Both the position numbers and the translations under genes were made by a program. From positions 7,800-71,799 of the forward strand of contig CAZMLK010000003.1 in the NCBI GenBank assembly GCA_964567265.1: 64,000 bases of DNA, given 5' to 3'. Below the pieces are notes generated by a model. It was not told where the DNA came from and did no database searches. It saw nothing but the letters and a program-made list of their open reading frames with translations. The first letter of the stretch is position 1. Every line of letters starts with the position of its first letter. Source of the stretch: an uncultured Candidatus Saccharibacteria bacterium. Lineage in GTDB: Bacteria > Patescibacteriota > Minisyncoccia > Phycocordibacterales > UBA12088. Shown here piece by piece: positions 17,658 through 27,285 of the stretch.

Positions 17658-18796
17658 AAGTCCTCATGATATCAACCGACCGGAAGCTCTTCGATGCGGC
17701 GAGCACCGTACGCGCGCGCATGATCAGGCTCGGCGCAATCGTCGATGAGCTCCATATCGTCGTCCTTGCGCTCGCGAAGGATAAGTACGTGGACGGTCCG
17801 ATCGCGCCCAATGTCTTCGTCTATTCCACCAACTCGGTTAACCGCTATCTCTACCCGAGCGATGCGGTATGGAAGGGGAGGCGCGTTCCCGTGAAGCCGG
17901 ATCTCATCACGGCGCAGGATCCATTCGAATGCGGCCTTGCCGGTTGGTTCCTGTCGAAGATCTTCGGGGCCCCGCTCGAGCTCCAGGTGCATACCGATTT
18001 CGCATCGTCGTATTTCAAAAAGGAAAGCGGACTCAATCGCATCCGCCGCTGGATCGCAACGATCGCGCTCCCTCGCGCCTCGCATATCCGCGTCGTCTCC
18101 GAGCGTATCCGGAAATCAATCCTCGCCCGGGGCATCACCGTGCCGATAACGGTGCTCCCCGTATTCGTCGACGTGCATGCATTCAGCGATACGCCGCCTA
18201 CATTCTCGCTCCGCGCCCGGCATCCGGACTTCACGTTCATCATCCTCATGCTCTCGCGACTCACGCCCGAGAAGGATTATCCGACCGCGCTCGTGGCTGC
18301 AAAGCAGGTCATGCTCCAGTATCCGAAGACCGGACTCGTCATCGTCGGCGACGGGTTCAAGCGTGCCGATCTCGAGGCGGACGCGCGCGGACTCGGCATT
18401 GCCGAGAACGTCGTGTTCACGGGGTGGCAGAGTGATACGATTTCATACTACAAAGGCGCGAGCATGTTCCTCCTGACCTCAGAGTATGAGGGATACGGCC
18501 AGGTGCTGGTCGAAGCCGCGGCCGCGGGATGTCCGATCGTGTCGACCGATGTCGGCATCGTCGGCGATATCCTGAAGGATGGGGTTCATGCGCTTGTCGC
18601 TCAGGTCGGCGATTCGAAGAAGGTTGCTGAGCACATCCTTGCGTATGTGGGGGACAATAACCTGAGGCGGAAACTCGCCGTCCAAGCAAAGGAGGACATT
18701 CTGGAAAATGCACCAAAAAATGTCGACGAATATTTGCTTGCTACCAAAAACTCATGGCAGTCGATGCTCCCTCCGAGTACTCCTGGAGCTACATGA
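17654..18796 (+). CDS. Glycosyltransferase, GT4 family
   Basis: ATGA overlap with the previous gene. EGYGQVLVEAAAAGCPIVSTDVG motif. 380 aa. Confidence 0.85.
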   Translation: MKVLMISTDRKLFDAASTVRARMIRLGAIVDELHIVVLALAKDKYVDGPIAPNVFVYSTNSVNRYLYPSDAVWKGRRVPVKPDLITAQDPFECGLAGWFLSKIFGAPLELQVHTDFASSYFKKESGLNRIRRWIATIALPRASHIRVVSERIRKSILARGITVPITVLPVFVDVHAFSDTPPTFSLRARHPDFTFIILMLSRLTPEKDYPTALVAAKQVMLQYPKTGLVIVGDGFKRADLEADARGLGIAENVVFTGWQSDTISYYKGASMFLLTSEYEGYGQVLVEAAAAGCPIVSTDVGIVGDILKDGVHALVAQVGDSKKVAEHILAYVGDNNLRRKLAVQAKEDILENAPKNVDEYLLATKNSWQSMLPPSTPGAT

Positions 18797-18930
18797 TACC
18801 TACGGCGCATCCATTGACTTTTCGCTAGTTCATGTTACATTCATCACAGTATCGCTATAGTTAGGCGAGGCCGTTCTCATGAAGGGAACGGCTTAATGAT
18901 GCGTTCCCAACCTGAGGAGTTATCAGAGGA

Positions 18931-19914
18931 ATGACTGTGAAAGTAGCACTGTTCTGTGGTGGAGGTGGCGGCGCGTCCGTCACCAAAGCACTCATGCACC
19001 TGAAGGATTCAGGACTCGACATAGACGTCGCGGCAATCGTGACGCCGTTTGACAGCGCAGGCAATTCGGGTGAGATGCGCCCCCAAACTGCAGGTATCTG
19101 CATCGGGGACGCTGGGCGTATCATCTCTGCAATGATGACGACCGATCTTGGGCACGTGCTTGAGAAACGTCGCAAGGATAATTCCACGCTTCGCAATCAG
19201 CTGCTCGCAGGATTTTTCGAGGATTATTCTGATCCTCGCGAAGCCATGCGCGAACTGCATGCGAGCTTGGGACCAATATTGCGTGGCCGGGTTATCCCAA
19301 CCTCGTACACCAATGCACACGTTCACGTGCGGCTTCGAAGCGGCACTGTGCTGGTTGGTGAAGGTGCCATCTACAAGGCCGATCTCATCTCTGAGGGCGG
19401 TATTGAGGAGCTTTGGCTGTCTCCGACACCTGAACCCAATCCTGATGCAATTGATGCCATCAGCAGTGCTGATTATCTTGGCTTCTGTCCTGGGTCGGTT
19501 CCATGTTCGCTTGCGCCCACGGCTATTGTCCTCCGAGATGCACTACTTGCTTCGACTTCTCGGAAGTTGTGCATCGCAAATCTCATGGGTCGTCCGAAGC
19601 ATTCAGAACCGAATGCAACTGCCACGGACCATGTGATGGATCTGGAGTCGTATCTCTGTCCGGGATTTTTCGATACCGTGATTTATAACACGGCTCGATT
19701 TCCGGATTACGTGCTTGAGCAGTACAAGCTTGAGCATAAGGGTCCTGCATATGGCACCGACGAGGCTGCAGAAGGCCGGCTCATGATTGGAGCGAAGTTG
19801 GTCAACGGGCACAGCTTCCCAAAGCCGGATCCGCGCGACAAGCTCGGTGAACTCCGAGGGGCTTCTCACGACCACGAACTGCTCGCCGCAGCACTTGCAC
19901 TGGTGCTTCGATGA
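18931..19914 (+). CDS. CofD/YvcK-like (UPF0052, 2-phospho-L-lactate transferase family) protein
   Basis: VALFCGGGGGASVTKAL and IVTPFDSAGNSGEMR match the UPF0052/CofD N-terminal signature. GC content is lower than the neighbouring genes. 327 aa. Confidence 0.65.
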   Translation: MTVKVALFCGGGGGASVTKALMHLKDSGLDIDVAAIVTPFDSAGNSGEMRPQTAGICIGDAGRIISAMMTTDLGHVLEKRRKDNSTLRNQLLAGFFEDYSDPREAMRELHASLGPILRGRVIPTSYTNAHVHVRLRSGTVLVGEGAIYKADLISEGGIEELWLSPTPEPNPDAIDAISSADYLGFCPGSVPCSLAPTAIVLRDALLASTSRKLCIANLMGRPKHSEPNATATDHVMDLESYLCPGFFDTVIYNTARFPDYVLEQYKLEHKGPAYGTDEAAEGRLMIGAKLVNGHSFPKPDPRDKLGELRGASHDHELLAAALALVLR

Positions 19915-20423
19915 GCGCCGCAATCGTCACTCTGATCACTGATTGGGACGACACGGCGTGGGATCGCCAGCGCTACGGGATCGAATACGCATCTACCGTC
20001 GATGACTACTGCAAGGGGAGACGTGCCTTCCGGGACGGCGAACTCGCTAAGTTCGTTTACCCGGACACGCGTCGCCTCCTGGCGGCATGCATCGCATTCG
20101 AGATTCCGCGCATCCTCCTGACGTACGAGCAGAATCCTGTCTATCAGGAGGCAAAGATCAGGAGTGCCGGATTGTGGGGTGACTTCACTCACCACATCAT
20201 CACTGATGGTCGAAAGGGTGAAGCGCTCCGCAACGCATATGGTTGGCGCGAATCGTATTACAAAGGCTACGTCTTTGTTGATGACCGCCAAGAACATCTT
20301 GACTCCGTCAGGGAGCACTGTTCCGGAATCACTTGCCTCCGCATGGACCGCACGTTAGCCCGGAGCAACGCTCCCGACGTTATCACGACGTTCGATTCGC
20401 TCTTACGACTTCTGGTGCCGTGA
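19911..20423 (+). CDS. HAD-superfamily hydrolase (small phosphatase-like)
   Basis: Motif I LITDWDDTAW (DxDxT); motif IV VFVDDRQEH. ATGA overlap with the upstream gene. 170 aa. Confidence 0.6.
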   Translation: MSAAIVTLITDWDDTAWDRQRYGIEYASTVDDYCKGRRAFRDGELAKFVYPDTRRLLAACIAFEIPRILLTYEQNPVYQEAKIRSAGLWGDFTHHIITDGRKGEALRNAYGWRESYYKGYVFVDDRQEHLDSVREHCSGITCLRMDRTLARSNAPDVITTFDSLLRLLVP

Positions 20424-20464
20424 TGAACGACACCCCAGCACCTTCGCTCATTCGGCGATCGCTT

Positions 20465-20510
20465 CGAGCCGGACCTTCCAGGATTTTCCTGGGGGCCCGG
20501 CTCTTTCTTT
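20465..20510 (+). terminator. Intrinsic terminator (compound hairpin + T-tract)
   Basis: Outer arms GAGCCGG…CCGGCTC enclose inner arms CCAGGA-ttt-TCCTGG, followed by TTTCTTTT. Confidence 0.6.
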
Positions 20511-20596
20511 TGAAACATCTTCCCGGGAGTCCGGGTTTACAGGGTATGCTTTCCAGACGGCATATTCTGTGAGAACATGCCACTAACACGCACTAT

Positions 20597-21430
20597 ATGA
20601 AAATCGGCTTCATCGGGCAGGGATTCGTGGGAAAGAGTTACGCAGACGACTTCGAGAGCCGTGGCTTCGCGGTGGTCCGCTACGCGCTTGAGCCGGAATA
20701 TGCGGGAAATCGAGATAAGATCGGCGAATGCGATATCGTCTCGATCTCGGTCCCCACGCCGACCACGCCCGCTGGACTCGATGTCTCAATCGTCGAGGCG
20801 GTGCTGCCGCTCGTCGGCGTCGGGAAGACTGCGGTGATTCGTTCCACCATCCTTCCGGGAACGACTGAAGCGCTTCAAAAGAAATTCCCGCGTATCATCA
20901 TCCTCCACGCGCCTGAGTTCCTGCTCGAAGCGAGCGCGGCCCAGGATGCGGCGCGGCCCGCGATGAACATCATCGGGCTCGCGCTCGAGTCAGCAGTGCA
21001 TCGCGAGAAGGCAGCGGAACTCCTCTCGGTCTTGCCGCAAGCGCGCAATAATTTCATCATGACGGCACGCGATGCCGAGCTGATGAAATTCATCCACAAC
21101 ACGCACGGCTACATGCGGATCGTATACACCAACCTCATGTATGACCTCGCAGAGAAGATCGGCTGCGACTGGGGAACTATCCGCGGTGTCATGGATGCTG
21201 ATCCGATGCTTTCTCCTTACTACAACAAGCCGGTCCACAAGAGCGGCCGCGGCGCGGGCGGGAATTGCTTCATCAAGGACTTCGCCGCCTTCCATCAGTT
21301 TTATGCCGCCAACATGAGCGATCCCAAATACTTGGCGATCCTTGAGAATCTCGAGGCAAAGAATCTCGAGCTCCTCGCCGCGAGCGGGAAGAACCAGGAT
21401 ATCGTCGAGGTGGTCTACGGCAAGAAGTAG
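20597..21430 (+). CDS. Short UDP-glucose/GDP-mannose dehydrogenase-family protein (nucleotide-sugar dehydrogenase-like)
   Basis: MKIGFIGQGFVGKSYA NAD-binding start; GRGAGGNCFIKD matches the catalytic GGxCxxKD motif. Only 277 aa, so it appears to lack the C-terminal UDP-binding domain. Confidence 0.7.
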   Translation: MKIGFIGQGFVGKSYADDFESRGFAVVRYALEPEYAGNRDKIGECDIVSISVPTPTTPAGLDVSIVEAVLPLVGVGKTAVIRSTILPGTTEALQKKFPRIIILHAPEFLLEASAAQDAARPAMNIIGLALESAVHREKAAELLSVLPQARNNFIMTARDAELMKFIHNTHGYMRIVYTNLMYDLAEKIGCDWGTIRGVMDADPMLSPYYNKPVHKSGRGAGGNCFIKDFAAFHQFYAANMSDPKYLAILENLEAKNLELLAASGKNQDIVEVVYGKK

Positions 21431-21434
21431 TACC

Positions 21435-22493
21435 ATGCGGATACTCATCTGCACGCAAAAGGTGGACAAGGATGATGCCGTGCTCGGCTTCTTCCATCGC
21501 TATCTCCAGGAATTTTCAAAACACTTCGAGCAGGTGACGGTGATCGCGCTCGGTGTCGGCGCGTACGATTTGCCGAGCAATGTCCGCGTCATCTCGCTCG
21601 GGAAGGAGTCGGGAACGGGTGCGCTCGGCTACACGCTCACATTCCTGCCGCTAATTTTCACATTGCGGAATGAGTATGATGCGGTGTTCGTCCACATGAG
21701 CGTTGAATTCGCAATCCTCGGCGGCGCGTTCTGGCGCATGGCAGGGAAGCGGATGGTTCTTTGGTACACGCATCGGCAGGACAATTGGCGGGTACGCATG
21801 GGCGCTTTTTTTGCGAATCAGATTCTCACTGCCTCGATCAAGAGTTTCCCGTTCGCCTCAGTGAAGCTTCGCGTCATCGGGCATGGGATTGATACGGGGG
21901 CGTTCGCGTGTCCGCCGGATCAGGCGAAGCCTGATCCGGCGGACATCCTTCGCATCCTCACGGTCGGCCGCATCACGCGCATCAAGAACTGCGATACGCT
22001 CATTCGTGCTGTCGCAAAACTGCGTGACGACGGAGTCCCGGTCCGTGCAACCTTCCTCGGTGCACCCGGCACCGATGATGACCGTGTGTACGAGCAGGAG
22101 CTGAAAGCGCTGATCGCGTCTCTCGATATCGCCGGCGCGCTCTTATTTCCAGGGAGCATCCCGAACCGCGAGATCGCGAAGTGGTACTGCAAGGCGGATA
22201 TCGTCACCAACATGACGCCGACTGGCGGCATCGACAAGGCCGTGCTCGAGGCGATGGCTGCAGGGAGAATTCCGCTCGTTTCGAATACCGCGTTCGAGGA
22301 ACATTTCGGCGCCTACGCATCGAAACTTATTTTCAAAGAACGTGACGCTGACGATTTGGCCGCGAAACTAAGAGCACTCAGTACGCATCCCGATCGTGCA
22401 CGAATCGCGGAAACGCTCCACGACTACACCCAGAAAAATTTCGATGTGGTCCCCATGGTCGGGAAGATCGCGTCCGCGCTTCAAGAAAAATAG
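21435..22493 (+). CDS. Glycosyltransferase, GT-B fold (GT4-like)
   Basis: MRILICTQKVDKDDAVLGF start. The ORF track extension from 21342 overlaps the previous gene in another frame. C-terminal GGIDKAVLEAMAAGRIPLVS motif. Confidence 0.75.
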   Translation: MRILICTQKVDKDDAVLGFFHRYLQEFSKHFEQVTVIALGVGAYDLPSNVRVISLGKESGTGALGYTLTFLPLIFTLRNEYDAVFVHMSVEFAILGGAFWRMAGKRMVLWYTHRQDNWRVRMGAFFANQILTASIKSFPFASVKLRVIGHGIDTGAFACPPDQAKPDPADILRILTVGRITRIKNCDTLIRAVAKLRDDGVPVRATFLGAPGTDDDRVYEQELKALIASLDIAGALLFPGSIPNREIAKWYCKADIVTNMTPTGGIDKAVLEAMAAGRIPLVSNTAFEEHFGAYASKLIFKERDADDLAAKLRALSTHPDRARIAETLHDYTQKNFDVVPMVGKIASALQEK

Positions 22494-22557
22494 CAGCATG
22501 CCGGTTGCGGGTGACGATTGCCGAACCCATGTTCTCGCCGTATGATGATGCGACAGC

Positions 22558-23019
22558 ATGCCTCCATCAGACGCACCAACTCCAAAAGCAAAAACCCCTT
22601 CCCGGGGCCTTTTTCGTATGCTCTTTGATTTCCTCTTCAGGCTCCCGCTCTGGTTCCGGTTCCTGATCTCGGGCGGCATCGGTACGGTGTTTAACCTCGT
22701 GGTGGTATATGTTCTTACGGACATCATGGGCATCTGGTATCTCTATTCGACTACCATTGCCTTCGTCATGAGCTTCTTCGTGAGCTTCACCCTCCAGAAA
22801 TTCTTCACCTTCCAAGACCATGCGCTCGATACCATCCGCGCGCAGGCTCCGAAATATCTCGCGGTCGCGCTCATTAACATGGGCCTAAACGCGCTCTTCA
22901 TGTACGTGCTCGTCGAGAGCGTCGGACTCCATTATCTCCTCGCGCAGATCATCACGATCGGCTCCATCTCCATCGAGAGCTTCATCGTCTATCGATTCAT
23001 CGTCTTCAAGAAGGCGTAA
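22558..23019 (+). CDS. GtrA-family membrane protein (polyprenol-phosphate-sugar flippase-like)
   Basis: Four TM helices; FLISGGIGTVFNLVVVYVLTD and KFFTFQ motifs are typical of GtrA. An alternative start at ATG 22618 would give ~133 aa. Confidence 0.7.
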   Translation: MPPSDAPTPKAKTPSRGLFRMLFDFLFRLPLWFRFLISGGIGTVFNLVVVYVLTDIMGIWYLYSTTIAFVMSFFVSFTLQKFFTFQDHALDTIRAQAPKYLAVALINMGLNALFMYVLVESVGLHYLLAQIITIGSISIESFIVYRFIVFKKA

Positions 23020-23033
23020 GCGCTAGCGCTTAC
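23016..23033. terminator. Perfect 18-bp palindrome spanning both stop codons of a convergent gene pair
   Basis: GTAAGCGCTAGCGCTTAC. Contains the TAA of the plus gene (23017-23019) and the TAG of the minus gene (23023-23025). No U-tract. Confidence 0.4.
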
Positions 23034-23751
23034 GTCCGATCACCATCGCGGAGACGCCGAAGGGAAAATCCATATATTGAAGGAAGAACGATTCCAGAAG
23101 GAAGATGCGGTAGAAGATCGCGTTCACGAAGGCGTTGCCGAGCTCGACGTCCGATTCAACCGTGATGCCGAGCTTGCGGACGAGTATCCGAAAGAAGGCG
23201 ATCGGCGGAAACAGGAAGGTGTTGAAATAGGTAAGGCGGAGCGGCGTGAAGCCCGCTTCCGTGGCCTTTGCGCCGAGCTCCGCTTTCGTGTAGCGGCGGT
23301 AGTGCTGGCTGCGGATGTCGTTGATGCCCCAGAGGAACAGGAATGCCGGAACGAACACGAATACGGTACCTCCCGGTTTCAGCACCCGGTTGATCTCCGC
23401 GAGTGCCTTGCGGTCGTCCTCGATATGCTCGATGACGTCGAGCGCGAGCACGAGGTCGAAGGTCCCGTCGGGGAACGGAATGTCGGTCGCGCTTCCGAGC
23501 GAGACATCGGTGAATCCACGCTCATTGCAGAATGCGATCGCGCGCGGAGAGACATCGACGCCGGTAACCTTGCCGAAGGGTGCGAGCTCCTTGAGGAGTC
23601 CGCCCGTGCCGCAGCCCACGTCGAGGATCTTGATGTCGGTCCGTCCAGGAAAATGGGCGCGGAGCAGGTTCTTGACCATCACGCGGCGGACACGGTACCA
23701 CCAGTGGGAGAGCTCGGTCTTGTAGATGGTGTCGTGGTGCGTGTCCTGCAT
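23023..23751 (-). CDS. Class I SAM-dependent methyltransferase
   Basis: ILDVGCGTGGL (motif I) and LKPGGTVFVFVP. Start chosen at the internal Met (MQDTHHDTIY…). The track start at 23838 would leave only 2 nt to the divergent gene. Confidence 0.7.
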   Translation of the reverse strand: MQDTHHDTIYKTELSHWWYRVRRVMVKNLLRAHFPGRTDIKILDVGCGTGGLLKELAPFGKVTGVDVSPRAIAFCNERGFTDVSLGSATDIPFPDGTFDLVLALDVIEHIEDDRKALAEINRVLKPGGTVFVFVPAFLFLWGINDIRSQHYRRYTKAELGAKATEAGFTPLRLTYFNTFLFPPIAFFRILVRKLGITVESDVELGNAFVNAIFYRIFLLESFFLQYMDFPFGVSAMVIGRKR

Positions 23752-23840
23752 CGGGGTTCTGTGTCCGGCTATTTTAGCATAGGCCCAAGGCGTCGCTTCC
23801 TTGGCGACCCCAATCCGGGTGGTATAGTAAGGAATCATTT

Positions 23841-24566
23841 ATGGATCCGGCGCCTCCTCAAATCTCAGTCGTGATCCTCTGCTACAAGGCGGGCGAGCAA
23901 GTGCGGACCATTCTTACCCGGATGAAAACCTCGCTCGAGAAGCGGGGACTTTCGTACGAGCTCATCTTAGTTGGTAATTATCATGCCGGGCAGGAAACGA
24001 CCGACACGACACCCCGTATCATCCGTGAGCTCGCAGCGGCTGACAAAACACTCGTGCCTGTCCTTAAGGTGAAGGAGGGCATGTTCGGTTGGGATGTGCG
24101 AAGCGGCCTTTCTGCGGCGAGAGGCGATACGATCGCATTCATTGACGGCGACGGGCAGATGCCCGCAGAAGATGTGGTCCGCGTGTATGACGCCCTCCAG
24201 TCAGAGAAAGCCGACATGGCACAGACCTTCCGTGTGAAGCGCTTCGATGGCAAGGAGCGCATCTTCATCTCAAAGGTTTTCAATATCCTGATGCGCATCT
24301 TCTTTCCCCGTGTGCGGATTCACGACACGAACGCCAAGCCGAAAATCTTCACGAGGGAAGCATACACGAAGCTCGATCTCCATTCCGACGATTGGTTCGT
24401 GGATGCGGAGATCGTCATCCAGGCGACCAAGCTTGGATTCAAAGTCGCGGAAATCTCGACCGTGTTCCTCAAGAACGAGCACCGTTCGTCATTTGTCAAA
24501 GTGAGCTCGATTGTCGAGTTCCTCCGGAATCTCATCCGCTATCGGTTCATTGGACGCGTCGGCTAG
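23841..24566 (+). CDS. GT2-family glycosyltransferase, polyprenol-phosphate sugar synthase-like (GtrB/DPM1-like)
   Basis: ISVVILCYKAGEQV, DGDGQ (DxD) and the general GT2 layout. AAGGAA SD 6 nt upstream of the ATG. It sits next to GtrA. Confidence 0.8.
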   Translation: MDPAPPQISVVILCYKAGEQVRTILTRMKTSLEKRGLSYELILVGNYHAGQETTDTTPRIIRELAAADKTLVPVLKVKEGMFGWDVRSGLSAARGDTIAFIDGDGQMPAEDVVRVYDALQSEKADMAQTFRVKRFDGKERIFISKVFNILMRIFFPRVRIHDTNAKPKIFTREAYTKLDLHSDDWFVDAEIVIQATKLGFKVAEISTVFLKNEHRSSFVKVSSIVEFLRNLIRYRFIGRVG

Positions 24567-25516
24567 CGCCGATAGAATGCGATTGTCTTTTGGATGCCGT
24601 CCTTGAATGCAACCTTTGGTTTCCAGCCGAATTCCTTTTTGATTTTTGAGGTATTGAGCGCGTAGCGGAAGTCGTGGCCGGGACGGTCTGCGACGAAGTT
24701 GATTGGATTTTTCGCGTCCGGACTCATGAGCCGGACAAGCGTCTTCGCGACGTCGATATTCCGGAGTTCCTCGTTCCCGCCGATATTGTAGACGCTCCCG
24801 GCCTTGCCTTTGTGGAAGATGAGGTCGACCGCGTCGACATGGTCGTCGACGTAGATCCAGTCACGGACATTGAGGCCTTTGCCGTAGAGCGGGACGGATT
24901 TCCCGGCGAGGAGGTTGGTTATGAAAAGCGGGATCATCTTCGTCCGGTCCTGGCGCGGGCCGTAATTGTTGGAGCAGCGCGTGACCACCGTGTCGAGGCC
25001 GTACGTGTTCCTGAATGCAGCGACCATGTGCTCAGCCGCGGCTTTCGAGGCGCTGTAGGGATTTTGGGGCAGCAGCAGGTCAATTTCTTTCCTCGGCTTG
25101 TCGGACTTCGAAAGCGCGCCATAGACCTCGTCGGTCGAGATATGGTGGAAGCGATTGATCTTGTGAGAGACGGCGAGCGAGAGAAGATTCGCCGTGCCGA
25201 TCACATTGGTCTCGATGAATAGGTTCGGGTTCTTGATGCTGACGTCTACATGGCTCTCAGCCGCGAAGTGGATGATGTCGGTCGGCCTGTATGTTACGAA
25301 CACCTTTTCGAGCGCAGCCTTGTTCCGGATGTCACATTTCACGAAGGTGACCCGTTTTTCTCCGAGCACGTCGATGTTCTTCTTGTCACCGGCAGAGGTG
25401 AGAGCGTCCACGATCACGAACGTGTAGTTCGGATGCTTCGGCACGATCCGATTCAGGTAATTGCTGCCGATGAAACCTGCGCCGCCGGTTATGAGGAGTG
25501 TCCGCTTACTTGCCAT
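24563..25516 (-). CDS. rfbB: dTDP-glucose 4,6-dehydratase
   Basis: LLITGGAGFIGSNY, HFAAESHVD, STDEVYG, and YSASKAA (YxxxK). 317 aa. Confidence 0.9.
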   Translation of the reverse strand: MASKRTLLITGGAGFIGSNYLNRIVPKHPNYTFVIVDALTSAGDKKNIDVLGEKRVTFVKCDIRNKAALEKVFVTYRPTDIIHFAAESHVDVSIKNPNLFIETNVIGTANLLSLAVSHKINRFHHISTDEVYGALSKSDKPRKEIDLLLPQNPYSASKAAAEHMVAAFRNTYGLDTVVTRCSNNYGPRQDRTKMIPLFITNLLAGKSVPLYGKGLNVRDWIYVDDHVDAVDLIFHKGKAGSVYNIGGNEELRNIDVAKTLVRLMSPDAKNPINFVADRPGHDFRYALNTSKIKKEFGWKPKVAFKDGIQKTIAFYRR

Positions 25517-26264
25517 GTTTCGTTTTCTTCAGTGCCCGTTTCTTCGCAGACATGTAGTTGCCTGCCGTGAGCAGGCTTTCGATCGTCCCGATGTCGAACC
25601 ATTTCTTCGTGAGGGTCGCGGCGGTGAGCGCCTTCTCCTCGATGTACTTGTTGTTGATGTAGGTGATCTCTTTCTCGCCACGCGCGGAGACTGGCTGGCC
25701 GATCATCTTCTTGAATACGGTGTTGTCATAGATGTACGCGCCGACGACCGCGAGGTCAGATTTCGGCTTCCGTGGCTTCTCGACAATGCCTGTCACGCGG
25801 CCGCTGTTGTCCACGGTCGCGATGCCGAAGCGCTCGGGGTCGGGGACCTTCTTCAGGAATACGGTCGCGCCGCCTTTGAAGGCGCGCACATGCTTCCCGA
25901 GGTCGTCCTCGATGATGTTGTCGCCGAGATAGAGCATGCAGTCCTCATCGCCCACGTAGTCGCGCGCGACATAGAGCCCGTACGCGATGCCGTTCGGCTC
26001 GCTCTGGATGCCATAGACGATCTGGACCTGCTTCCCGGTTGTCTTCGATTTGAAATCGCCGCCGGAGCCGAGCAGCTGGACGAAGTCGTCGAGGTGATGC
26101 GGAGAGGTTACAATCATGATACGGTCAATGCCGGCTTCGACGAGCTTCTCGACGGCATAGTAGATGACCGGCTTGTCGTATACCGGCAGCAGGTGCTTGT
26201 TGGTGACCCGGGTGAGGGGATCGAGGCGGGTTCCGCGCCCTCCGGCAAGAATGACTCCTTTCAT
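25506..26264 (-). CDS. rfbA: Glucose-1-phosphate thymidylyltransferase-like sugar nucleotidyltransferase (short form)
   Basis: MKGVILAGGRGTRLDPLT (GxGxRL signature) and VEKPRKPKSDLAVVGAYIY. Overlaps the rfbB start by 11 nt. 252 aa. Confidence 0.8.
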   Translation of the reverse strand: MKGVILAGGRGTRLDPLTRVTNKHLLPVYDKPVIYYAVEKLVEAGIDRIMIVTSPHHLDDFVQLLGSGGDFKSKTTGKQVQIVYGIQSEPNGIAYGLYVARDYVGDEDCMLYLGDNIIEDDLGKHVRAFKGGATVFLKKVPDPERFGIATVDNSGRVTGIVEKPRKPKSDLAVVGAYIYDNTVFKKMIGQPVSARGEKEITYINNKYIEEKALTAATLTKKWFDIGTIESLLTAGNYMSAKKRALKKTKHGK

Positions 26265-26333
26265 GTGCAGATACGATAGCGTATCCCACCCGCGCGGGCA
26301 ATGGAGGAGAGGGACCTGGATTTTTCAGAGACA

Positions 26334-27245
26334 ATGAAAATACTTATCACGGGAGGCAGCGGATTCTTGGGGCGGCATCTCATCGATGCGCTTTCGTCGA
26401 CGCCGGACGCGGAGATCCACGCGCTTTCGCGGACAAGGGGAACGGCGGCCGCGGAGACAGTGTGGCATGTTGCCGATATCCGCGATGCGGCGGCCGTCGA
26501 CGCCGCCTTCGACCGCATAGAGCCCGAGTGGGTGTTCCATCTCGCGGCGGATCTGCGGCGAGGCCGCGAGGCCGCGCTCCTCGATGAACTCACGGACACG
26601 AATGTCGAAGGGACTCGGAATGTGCTCCGTGCGGCGGAGTGCGTGCCCGTCGCCGCGTTCGTCGCGGCGGGTTCATATGATGAATACGGGCCGATCGCGA
26701 CGCCCTTCAGGGAAGATGGAGACAGCGCGCCCGCGTCCCCTTACGGCATCTCGAAAGCGGCCGCGACGAATGTGATTCTCGAATCTGCTGCGAACGGACT
26801 TCCGGGAGTCGTGATCCGTTTTCCCGTGTTGTATGGGAAGGGAGCGAACGATACGACGCTGATCGGCAGGCTCACTCACGCGCTTTCTTCGGAGGGAACG
26901 GTGCCGCTCGCGAGCGGGGAAGCCGCGCGCGATTTCCTCCATGTGTCCGATGCGGCGCGCGCGCTCGTTGCGGCCGCGCGCGCAATCGATCGCGCGCGCG
27001 GGCAGGTCATCAACGTCGGCACGGGAACGGAAACGAAAATCATTGACGTGATCCGCCTGGCCGAATCAATCACCGGCCGCGAGCCGCTCGGAACGCTTGG
27101 TGCGATTCCTGAACGCGCCGGCGAGCAATTTTCATACGTCGGCACTCTTGAGAAAGCAAAAGCGCTTCTCAATTTCGAGCATCGGATCACGCTTGGCGAA
27201 GGGTTGGAAGAGTTGCTGGCGGAGTTCAGGCGCGCGGAGGAGTAG
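26334..27245 (+). CDS. NAD-dependent epimerase/dehydratase-family protein (possible dTDP-4-keto-6-deoxyhexose reductase)
   Basis: MKILITGGSGFLGRHL and YGISKAA (YxxxK). Divergent from rfbA. The track start at 26301 adds 11 codons. Confidence 0.7.
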   Translation: MKILITGGSGFLGRHLIDALSSTPDAEIHALSRTRGTAAAETVWHVADIRDAAAVDAAFDRIEPEWVFHLAADLRRGREAALLDELTDTNVEGTRNVLRAAECVPVAAFVAAGSYDEYGPIATPFREDGDSAPASPYGISKAAATNVILESAANGLPGVVIRFPVLYGKGANDTTLIGRLTHALSSEGTVPLASGEAARDFLHVSDAARALVAAARAIDRARGQVINVGTGTETKIIDVIRLAESITGREPLGTLGAIPERAGEQFSYVGTLEKAKALLNFEHRITLGEGLEELLAEFRRAEE

Positions 27246-27285
27246 GTCGCGGGTTTCCTTGACGCACCTCCTCCCCCAGGCAAGA

